A DNA stretch of 64,000 bases from Octopus bimaculoides (lineage: Eukaryota): NCBI RefSeq assembly GCF_001194135.2, contig NC_069005.1:3260236-3324235 (forward strand), read 5' to 3'. This document shows, one piece after another, positions 52,668-64,000 of this stretch. The notes beneath the pieces were generated by a model. That model was not told where the DNA came from, did no database searches, and saw nothing but the letters and a program-made list of their open reading frames with translations. Each line of letters starts with the position of its first letter. Position 1 is the first letter of the stretch. A program made the position numbers and the translations under genes.

Positions 52668-52987
52668 NNNNNNNNNNNNNNNNNNNNNNNNNNNNNNNNN
52701 NNNNNNNNNNNNNNNNNNNNNNNNNNNNNNNNNNNNNNNNNNNNNNNNNNNNNNNNNNNNNNNNNNNNNNNNNNNNNNNNNNNNNNNNNNNNNNNNNNNN
52801 NNNNNNNNNNNNNNNNNNNNNNNNNNNNNNNNNNNNNNNNNNNNNNNNNNNNNNNNNNNNNNNNNNNNNNNNNNNNNNNNNNNNNNNNNNNNNNNNNNNN
52901 NNNNNNNNNNNNNNNNNNNNNNNNNNNNNNNNNNNNNNNNNNNNNNNNNNNNNNNNNNNNNNNNNNNNNNNNNNNNNNNNNNNNNNN

Positions 52988-53036
<49 letters not shown>

Positions 53037-53182
53037 CATACACACACATCTCTCTCTCTGTATATATATATATATAGGCATGTATATACATAATTACATA
53101 TGCGTATATTCATAAATACATAACATGCATGACATACATACATACACACATACACACATGCATACATACATACATACATGCA

Positions 53183-53215
<33 letters not shown>

Positions 53216-53541
53216 TGACAGCCATATATTCAGGTAGAGAAAGGTGCATGAATATAAAACATACAAATTTGTGTGTGTGTATTGAAACGCTCTACGAAAT
53301 GTTTCGTGTAGGGAGATTTTCGGAACGAGTTAACACAGAATGGGAGTTTCATAGAAAACACATGTAGAGTGGTTGTTGTGTGTTTGAAGTGAGTTGTTAC
53401 GCCGCTGGATATTTTTATTGGTCTGTTTAATTAATTTCATATGCATACAGCTCAGATACACATATGTAGGTAGAGATTCTCATACACCAGGACATATATA
53501 TATATATATATACACGCGCACACGCGCACTCACAACACACA

Positions 53542-53588
<47 letters not shown>

Positions 53589-53590
53589 GT

Positions 53591-53694
53591 CGTGGGTGTG
53601 TAGTAAGAAGCTTTTTTCCCAACCGTGTGGTTCCGGGTTCAGTATCAGAGCGTGGCACCATGGGCAAGTGTCTTCTACTATAGCCACAGGTCCG
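53591..53694 (+). mobile_element. CORE-type SINE head + core
   Basis: gtgtgtagtaagaagctt...ggttccgggttcagt...gtggcaccatgggcaagtgtcttctactatagcc. Confidence 0.9.
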
Positions 53695-53734
53695 CAGGTG
53701 AGAAAATAAATACAAGTTACCATTTCTTCAGACG

Positions 53735-53870
53735 TACGCTCTGACTTTTCAAGTCTCTCACTCTTCAAGTCGATTTTGACTGTCATCCTTTCGGATGGCA
53801 CTCTCAAGCATTCGAGATGTAAGCGATAAACCACGCCGCCAAAATTTCAGGCCTTGTGCCTATTATAGAA
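53735..53870 (+). mobile_element. Meta-domain SINE, degenerate
   Basis: gtcgattttgactgtcatcctttcgg...aaaatttcaggccttgtgcctattatagaaag. Confidence 0.7.
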
Positions 53871-53964
53871 AGAAAGAAATTTCTTAAGCAGCAATGAATA
53901 ATACTTTAAACAAAAAAAGTCCCAGCGTTCAATGGTTGTTGTACAAAGGATTAGATATCCAGTT

Positions 53965-54080
53965 AAGGTTGATGGCTTACTGGTTAAGGTGTTCCTTCAC
54001 GATCGTACGGTCTGAGTTCAATTGCCGGCAGCGAGTTCTCTTATTAAGCAAAACACTATTTCAGTGTCTAGTGTGTAAGC
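53965..54080 (+). mobile_element. Third-family SINE head
   Basis: aaggttgatggcttactggttaaggtgttccttcacgatcgtacggtctgagttcaattgccgg is similar to the 38994 head. Confidence 0.65.
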
Positions 54081-54878
54081 AACAACAATAAGAAGAGGAA
54101 GTGGGTGGTCTTACATTATAACGAATGAGATAACAAAACGTAGATATCTCCGACCTACAATTTTATGAGTCAAACTAGTGTACTATGTGAGAAAATGTAA
54201 CATAACCTTAAATTTCCAGTCGGAATCTGTAGATAAGAGTCACTAAGCAAACAAGATGTGTTAGACGAAAATAAAATTTTATTTATAAATAAAATATAAA
54301 AGTGCAATCAACGCAAAGCAAAGTTGTTAATCAAATAAAAATTTCCCAATAAATTTTAAAAATAAAGAAAAAAAAAAGCGAAACAAAAAAACTATTTAAC
54401 TAACACGCAGAAAGACTGAGGAAAGATAAGATTTTGCAAAACACAGCGTCTAATGAAATTAAACCGTAGGTATACGTGTGTTTATGTATGTATGTATGTA
54501 TGTATGTATGAATGTATGTATGTAGATATGTGTGTATGGATGGATGGATGTATATGAATATATATATACATACATATATTTACGTATATATATATACATA
54601 CATTCATATATATTCGTATATATATATTCGTTCATATATANNNNNNNNNNNNNNNNNNNNNNNNNNNNNNNNNNNNNNNNNNNNNNNNNNNNNNNNNNNN
54701 NNNNNNNNNNNNNNNNNNNNNNNNNNNNNNNNNNNNNNNNNNNNNNNNNNNNNNNNNNNNNNNNNNNNNNNNNNNNNNNNNNNNNNNNNNNNNTATATAT
54801 ATATATATGTATATATACATGGATATACATATATGAACATATATATCTTTATCTATCTATCTATTTATCTTTCTCTCT

Positions 54879-54918
<40 letters not shown>

Positions 54919-55617
54919 TCACACAGACAGACATATATTAAGTGAACGTAGGTATGCAAAATGTAGGTAGATAGGTAGGTATGTATGTAAGTTGCAATCA
55001 TTTTCCCCTTCTCAAAATGGTTGTCATGTCACGCTGTTTCTTGTGTGGTTTTAGCCAATCAGAACAACCCATAGGTGGCTGATAATTCATTTGCACACAG
55101 TAGGTATAGATATAACTATTGCAGCTAAGTTTGCAGATCAATAGGGGAGGCAAAAGCAACAAATATAAAAATGAAGAAATATAAACAGTCTGTATAAATT
55201 TAAGTAAACAATTTAAGAAAAGACAAACAAACAAAAAACAAACAAACCTGTGCAACAAGTAGAAACAAGAATAATACACACGAAAGGAGAAATAATTGTG
55301 GTAGTAACGACGGTGATGAGAAGAGATTCGATGTTTGCAGACGAAGTAAACTAAGAGAGAAAAGAAAGGCAACGAATGAGAATTCGAGGAAGAAAAATGC
55401 CAAAACAAAACGAAAATAGATACAGATGTAAAAAAACAAGGCGGAAAGAAATGAAACAAAAAAAAAAATATGTATATATAGTGTGTGTATGACTTGACGA
55501 CATTTTCAACATCTACAACAAGATTACCAGGACGTATAAGTGATATGGAAACACACACACACATACACACACATTAAGAAAGACACACCCACATAAACAC
55601 ATACACATGTATGTATG

Positions 55618-55670
<53 letters not shown>

Positions 55671-56536
55671 TTTGATTCTCACATAAGCACTTGCTCAGAC
55701 AAGCTTGTGCACACTGGCAAAAACACATGCATACACAGATGTATACATCTGATATATACATATACACCTACATACAAACACACACATATATACACATATG
55801 TACATATAATAAATTTCATGCACACACGCATTCGCCCGCACACACACACATACATACGCGCACACACACACACGCACATACATATGTACACGCGCATGGG
55901 CAAATTCACACGCTTGTTTTTTCTTCCGAAATTGATCGATATGATGACGAGACAGTTTTGACATATATTGCATTTATTCGCTGTCTATCTGTCTGTGTGT
56001 GTCTCTCTCTGTTTTCCGTTCTCCTTCTGTCACTCTACACACACACACACACACAGTACACACATAGACACGCACACGTACACAAACACAGACACAGACA
56101 CACACAAACAAACACACTCACACACACACGCATATATATATATGCATGCGTACATACATATATGCGTATGAATACATGCATACATATATATATAGATATA
56201 TTCATATGTGTATTTATATATGTACACATTGGCAACATATATCAAGGTATATTTAACAATTCCTACAAAGACCAAAATCCACACATTCTGTCTGAGGCAG
56301 AACAGACTGATTCTTCGAAAAGAGACGCGTGACAAAATTGTATTCTATTCTGTTCGACCTTTCCACTTAAGATCTTTGGAACGTTGTAGGAAACACTGTG
56401 AAAAAACACATGACCCGCTTAGTGCTGAATCAACTGTATGCGTATTTTGGTAGTATATTGTGGGCCCAGTCATAGAAAGCTTTCTGTTCGCTCAATGCTT
56501 AATTGGTAGATCACCCCGTATAACGGTGTAGTTTAG

Positions 56537-57050
56537 TAGACATATTGATGGGAACATCTACAGCAACTGCGGTATGGCAGAGAAATACTATATAACATAG
56601 CAGATAATTATTGATAGAAAGCATTAAAATTTAATAAGCTATTACAATAAAGTAATCGCTTAAATAGAGTCTCGTCACGGATGCGAGACCATCGAAAGTG
56701 GTTCTCGAACACTTCTGCAAAGTAAAGGGCTGCCTTATACACGAAATGAAAATGTCGTTCGATTTTCGGTGTAAAATCTTCTTCTTCTTCTTCTTCATCT
56801 TCTTCTTTATTAGAAATATTGATGGGGACATCTACAGCAACTGAGGTATGGCAGAGAAATACTATATAACAGCAGATAATTATTGATAGAAAGCATTAAA
56901 ATTTAATAAACTATTACAATAAAGTAATCGCTTAAATAGAGTCTCGTCACAGATGCGAAACCATCGAAAGTGGTTCTCGAACACTTCTGCAAAGTAAAGG
57001 GCTGCCTTATACACGAAATGAAAATGCCGTTCGATTTTCGGTGTAAAATC

Positions 57051-57060
<10 letters not shown>
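56537..57060. repeat. Tandem duplication of a ~272-274-bp unit, each copy ending in (TTC)n
   Basis: 56537-56810 versus 56811-57060: a few substitutions and a 2-nt indel (ataacatagcag vs ataacagcag). Confidence 0.95.
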
Positions 57061-57510
<450 letters not shown>

Positions 57511-57963
57511 CTAATGTAGTCCTCCTCCTCCTCCTCATCATCATCATCATCATCAACGGCGTCAACCTTATACGCCTATTAGTAATTTTATAACGAAAAC
57601 ATAATCACAATCATCATTATCTTGGCTAGTATGTAATAGTAGTAGATAACCCATTCATCCATTCTTCTTCTTCTTCTTCTTCTTCTTCTTCTTCTTCTTC
57701 TTCTTCTTCTTCCTCCTCCTCCTCATCATCATCATAGTCGTTCTAATCCACATTATCATCATCGCTATCGAGGTCATCATTTATATTTGCTCATAATTTA
57801 TTGCATGTTACGTTTCTTTAAGCTTTTTCCTCATCGGTCAAATATTCAGGAAGATTATCCTGATATAGATTTTCGTTCCTCACTATAAACACTAAAAACA
57901 GGAGAAAAAGAAATCATTTAATAAAATAGTTTAATGAAGGTCTAAGAAAATAACCTGAAAAAA

Positions 57964-58019
<56 letters not shown>

Positions 58020-58467
58020 TCGATCATACACACGTAAAGAAGCTCCCTTCATTATATTTATTTTTTCTTTTATCTTTCCTAAATTCATGCGATATCTTTC
58101 TAAAAATTCCTCCCTATTATAAAAAGAAAAAAAAAAACAGGCAAAAGGAGAAGAGAGTTATCAGGAGCGTGTGTGATGGAAAAATTAATTACAATATTAA
58201 TTAGCTGTCATTACATGGGAATTAACATTAAATCTGTTTAGAAATACCAACAGATTTCTTCAGTAGATTTCATCGCAACTGGTCGGTTTGATAAGAAACA
58301 GTTGCAGTTGAAGTTGTTGAATTTAATTTGTATCAGCTTCACTCTAATAAAGTGGTCGCAGTTTCGAATCTGATCACCGTCACTTCTGCTTCCCTCTACA
58401 TCGATGAAAAACACTATAGTAGTTTCGACCTAATTTTAGCTCAAAATTTATTTGGATATTGACAGAA

Positions 58468-58880
58468 GTGTTAGCAGGCCTGGAAAAATTCTTGGCGGCA
58501 TTTCGTTCGTCGGTATGTTATGAGTTCAGTTCCGCTGTGGTCCATTATGCCTTTCGTCCTTTCTGGTTCGATTGCTCCATTTGGGGACTTTAGTCGATGT
58601 AATGGACTTACTCCCTCCCTCCCAAGAAATTGCTGGGCTTGTGTTAAAATTTGTAACTAATATTAATTTAAACATTTTAAGGAAATGTCCTCGCAACGTT
58701 GTTACCCCGACGGAAGTAATATTTTGTAGCATTACCCCCCGTTCTACGTTCTGTGTGAAAATGTTGCCGAAATTGACTTTGTCGCCTTCCATTATTTCAG
58801 GAGTGGGTTCGATACGATAAGATCTGTACAAGATGAGCACTGCGACCAATGTAAACCCCTACCTCCAAGCTCTGTGCCAT
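58468..58880 (+). mobile_element. Two adjacent old Meta-domain SINE remnants
   Basis: gttagcaggcctgg...gagttcagttccgctg...gcctttcgtcctttc, and a second gttctacgttctg...ccgaaattgactttgtcgccttcc. Confidence 0.6.
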
Positions 58881-60888
58881 GTCATTTTGCGAAGGGGTTT
58901 GTCACATTTATCCATCCAATTAATGAAGTGCGCATACAATTCATCGACATGTACATAAGATAGGCGAACTATTTTCATAGGAAAGTATCAAAAATGTAAT
59001 GAAGGTGCGTTTTAAATTTCTATTAAATATAATATAACGGTTATCTATGTGCTTACGTCAGCACAGATATGGCATCGTTGTAAAAAGATATGATTCACAT
59101 ATACATATTTCCAAGTGCGAGCTCACTAGGCATGATTTTGAGAAAGTTCCCTAGATTGATCACCTAGAAATATATTGGCAGGATGTCAAGTATTTCCCTC
59201 CCTTTTCGTATATTTCACATTAATATAAATGGAAGCCATAAAATGCTACAGTGTACGATGCTGCAGAAAAGAATAAAAAGTACCAGGTCGAAGTATACCG
59301 GAACGCCATGTAAAATAACTCACATGAATGATTAATATTCATTGCATAAAGAAAGAAGAGCATCCTCAAAATAACGCGTAGAGTATTTTCCATGAATATT
59401 TCAATGCCATATTGTACTACTGTTGTAATCGCCCTTTATATCACTCTCTTATTGTCAGCATCATACACAATTCAATTTCCTAACTCAATCTAAAACAGCA
59501 TAGAATGGCAGAAAAAATATCTCCAGTATAAAAGCTATTTATTTTTCCGTTATTTTTCTTCCTTTCTATGAAATTAAGATTTAATTCGTTGAAAATTTTC
59601 ATTCTGGATTTAAACCTTCACAATAAAAATAAATAATTAATAAATAATAAAGAAAAACGGACGGAAAGAAATCGCGATTATAAACAAGATCGAACTTTAA
59701 AAAAATTCTATCAATTTTATCGTTCAAAGATCATTTGAATATCTTCATTGTCCCAACCTCACCCTCTGCAAGAAAAAAAGGGGTGGAGGATTCTGTTGGT
59801 GGAGGAAATAAATTAAAATATTAATAGATTATCATTTCAGTATAATTAGTTCTAAATCCCTTTGCATAAAGCCGTAACCGTATCATTCCTCATATGAATA
59901 ACTTGACTTTGCAGCACACATTTTTTCTGCCATTTTTTTCTTTTGCTCACTTCCTAATTAAAAACCAAGAACCATATGATCTTTTCAATATTGATTCTTC
60001 CTCTTTTTCTCCTCATTGACACGTGGTTACACACTAAAATTGGAAGGGAACAATTGATTGCATCAACTTAAATATATCACCAACCATTCTTCATTTACCC
60101 TTCGATGGAAGAACTATGAAATCAAAGATTACAGGAAGGTAACTAAATGAGGATATCTAACACAAGCTGCCACAAATTCTATTGAGTCACATCGATAAAT
60201 TCGCACCATTCTATCGTCTCAGGATGTCTAACATACAAACTGAGAATATAATCTGATTAGTCGAAATAATAGTTTCAAATCCACACATCATACACGTCGT
60301 ATATCAAGACATCATATATCAATTTGCCTATGTCATTACAATTTAAGTAGTATTGCTTAAGACTGAGACATTCATTTCGGCTTCCTTGTGTTTCAGTTGA
60401 AATCAAGTATATATCAACTTCTCTTACCATCCTCTTCAGATTGATAAACTAGGTACCAATCCATATTAGCCCTTTCTCTTTGCCTGTGTGACGATTTGAT
60501 TGAAACGTTTACGTTATTTTAGTCATGCTGAAATAGTGAAATGCAGGTTGGAGGTCGGTTAGATTTTGCATCGGCACACAGAATGGAAAAGGTTATAACA
60601 AACAATTTTCCACCATAAATCCAGTACCAAGCGTTTGAAAAACAGGGTCGCAATCAATTAAAATGGCTTCTACATTAAAAAATATGCTAAGTGGTGAATC
60701 GCCGTTCATTGTGGAGTGAGAACATTGATACTAATTACATGTCATTTAGCTATTTAGCCTGTTGCCCAGGTGTTTTTGTTACAGAAAACATTTGATTCAT
60801 TATTAGTATAAAATTATTATGTGCACCTGTACTAAAATATGTTTGGACATATGAAAAAGGCTGTTTTATATTAAATGATAAAACATAC

Positions 60889-60947
60889 CAACCGGATATT
60901 GGAGGGATGTGAGATCGATTCTCATGGCTGCCTGCTAACAAAATTTT
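60889..60947 (-). CDS. Candidate 59-nt exon with a Kozak-like ATG (MRIDLTSLQYPV), unverified
   Basis: Acceptor ttttttaaagcag, donor TTG|gtatgt, GCAGCCATGA at 60925. No homology recognised. Confidence 0.15.
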
Positions 60948-60970
60948 CTGCTTTAAAAAAAAGATCGTAT

Positions 60971-61011
<41 letters not shown>

Positions 61012-63289
61012 TGTTCAGTATCTACGCGTTGAATGAAATTCACCTTTCTACTGGTTCTACAATACATTTCAACGCTTCCAAACAAACTTGTTAGTTTACA
61101 TAGAGCGTATATATATTATTATTATATTATATTATTTNNNNNNNNNNNNNNNNNNNNNNNNNNNNNNNNNNNNNNNNNNNNNNNNNNNNNNNNNNNNNNN
61201 NNNNNNNNNNNNNNNNNNNNNNNNNNNNNNNNNNNNNNNNNNNNNNNNNNNNNNNNNNNNNNNNNNNNNNNNNNNNNNNNNNNNNNNNNNNNNNNNNNNN
61301 NNNNNNNNNNNNNNNNNNNNNNNNNNNNNNNNNNNNNNNNNNNNNNNNNNNNNNNNNNNNNNNNNNNNNNNNNNNNNNNNNNNNNNNNNNNNNNNNNNNN
61401 NNNNNNNNNNNNNNNNNNATATATATATATATATATATATATAGTTCAAATTCTGCCGAGATCGACTTTGCCTTCCATTATTCGGTCGATCTATATATAG
61501 ATATATGCACACCCGAGTAAGCACATAAATGTGATACAAGGTGTAGAATAGTACTCGAATACTGAAGTTAGAGTATCATGCTGCATTGATGAAGCTGCAC
61601 AGACATCACAAAAACTGTTACTAAAAATTTTACGTTCCCGTTCGTCGGACGAGAACCTGAAACTGAAACAGTGTGTGTGATGTTTTTGTAGCTTCATTAA
61701 TAAATAGTATTTATATATATATATGTGTGTGTGTGTGTATGTGTGTGTGTGTGTGTGTATGTTTGGGTGTGTGTGTATACGTATGTATTTATGTGTGTCT
61801 TTATTTCGGGAGGAATAGTTCATATTAAAATGCCTAAGATGAATAGAACTAGATATCATAGTTACTGTTGTGATACAAGATGTATTTTAGGAAAGTACAT
61901 TTTTGGGTATCCCTTTTCATTCGAGAATAGAAATAGGATTTTGTATCTAAACTTCTCAGCGTTCGATGTATTAAGAAAAGATAATTTAATATGAATAATA
62001 TCTAAATGTTACTGGGTGAATGTTTCAAATAGTTCTGAAAAATAGACTTAAATAAATTTCCTGTAACATGTAAGACGAAAGAAAATTACAAAAAAAAAGT
62101 GAAAACGTCCAGGTGATAATAACAGGTGTGTTGCACAATTTTAACGGCACGAATACATAATTATAGCGTGTTACAACACTGTATTGGGATTACAAATTGA
62201 ATATATGTTGGTAAAATACGTTTTTAATTAAGTAGGCAGTTAATCCAATACCAGTGTGGGAAGATGTCTCGGTATTAGCTTCTTCGGCAATTTCTTTTTA
62301 TGTGCACTAATATTGCTGTTTGTACAATTACCATAAAGTATATTTTGTTTTTTGTTTCTTGAGCATTTTGTTTCTCTCTGGATAGACATATATATCTTTG
62401 GAGCAAACTGTAGTTTATAAAGCTTTCATTCAGCTATTTATGGTTTTTAATCTCGGGTGCTGTTAACTGTGTGTAGAGAAATATAACGATAACACGCAAA
62501 GGAATTGCAATTTCAAACAACCAGCTCTGTTACCATAAATTGTGAAAAACACACGCACCCGTGCGAGTGTTTTATATTATTTCTATCGTAAAATCGTTCA
62601 TGGTAAACCTTTTATATGTGAGACTCATTACAAATTAACTGGTCATTAAATGACTATATTACAGACAAGTTTACTCCTAAATTGGTGATCGGGCATTTGG
62701 AAAGGTTCACGTAATTGAGAAGACGCTGTAGTTCGCCTCTGAATTCTATAAGAAACATTCTTCAAATGTTACTCTAACGTAAATATTTTATTAGATATAT
62801 CAATGCAATTTTATTACATTATTTCGTTGCCAAAATAAAATATTAACACATATTTAAAATCGGAATTTGGTGTCAATCTAATTTTCATAATAAAACAACG
62901 CAGATTAAATGGTGATTCCATCTATTTTTTGGACTATCACTATTCTCAATCTCTAAATAACTTCCATTCCATTCCGACAAATACTACATACCAAATCATA
63001 ACATTCGAACTACATGGAAACTCATAGACAACTGCTACCCTTCTTCTTCTTCTTACCACTTCTATATGTGTGAGTGCGTGTATACATGCATGAGTATTTC
63101 CACGCACACACAGACACAGACACACACATATATTAAACCATAGTTCGAACTATTCGAGTGTAGAATGTTTCGGCTCAGAATAGACCTCATAACGATAGTA
63201 GTCCTTTTCAAGACCGCCGGGACTCGCGAACCAAGTCCCAACAGCCATATAATTTCCGACTATCCAGCCCAACGGAAAGGCATTGGTCA

Positions 63290-63369
63290 CCTCGGCACAC
63301 GTTGAAGGTGCCATGCGGTGATTCTGATCCCCGAGCCATGGGATTAAGTGCGGACCGTCTTACCACAGA

Positions 63370-63373
<4 letters not shown>
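63290..63373 (-). mobile_element. SINE head, CORE-type-like
   Basis: aaggtgccatgcggtg...cccgagccatg...tcttaccacagagccatat. Confidence 0.65.
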
Positions 63374-63403
<30 letters not shown>

Positions 63404-64000
63404 CACATGTATCTTATATTACATATACTCATGATTTATCTAACCTCATTAATATCATTTCGTCGTATAATACCGCATCACATTCTGGTGCTTTTACTTT
63501 CCATAAATTATCTAGTATTGTTCTATCAGAAAATATTTCTAAAACTTTATTCAGTTGCTTTTACTAGATTTCGACGGAGATTACTCATATATAATTTAAT
63601 CATATACTTTATTCTCATAGAATCATCGAATCAAGTGTTTGCGGACAATATATCAAGGGATAGTATTAGTGTAATATTGTCCGGTGACATAACATACACA
63701 TATATTTATAATTACCTCAATTTGCTCAGTATCAATAAAATGTTTCATTTCTAGACAGCAAGTAATTTTAATAGTGACAATTTATTCACCACTTGAGAAT
63801 ATTAAGTTATATTTTGCCTTATTTCAAAAGTAATTGCCTGTAATACAAATTAGAATTTTTATAACACAATCTCTCATTTACGTAGAACTTAATTTACTTT
63901 CGTTGATTCTTTCTAAATATCCAAAAATCAAATATAAACCTCATAGACTCACGTAACTTAGTAAATCCTATTTATATAATTACTAATTGTAAGGTGGAAG

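Noticed and set aside
53965-54030. tRNA-like A/B-box sequences here and at other SINE heads
   Set aside because: No complete cloverleaf, and each continues into SINE body sequence, so they are not tRNA genes.

Overview
This is AT-rich, repeat-saturated eukaryotic DNA with about 6.3 kb (~10%) of N gaps, most of them flanked by (TA)n. The SINE families and extreme microsatellite density point to a coleoid cephalopod, probably Octopus (inference from recalled consensus motifs, not a database search). No protein-coding gene can be confidently named. Nearly every entry in the ORF track is a translated microsatellite or N gap. Well-supported content: three tRNA-derived SINE families (Meta-domain type, CORE type and a third family); three fragments of an R4/Dong-clade site-specific retrotransposon, each against an (AAT)n array; a Tc1 fossil; an internally deleted mariner; two copies of a mariner-derived MITE; a ~240-bp foldback element; a 433-bp-period repeat; a ~273-bp tandem duplication; and a possible LTR remnant. 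A few unique stretches carry canonical splice sites with open frames and may be exons of a long-intron gene, but none is recognisable. There are no CRISPR arrays, rRNA or true tRNA genes. I found no convincing new biological system. The best leads are the TAA-targeting retroelement, the 433-bp repeat unit, the multimeric SINE and the inverted SINE cluster.
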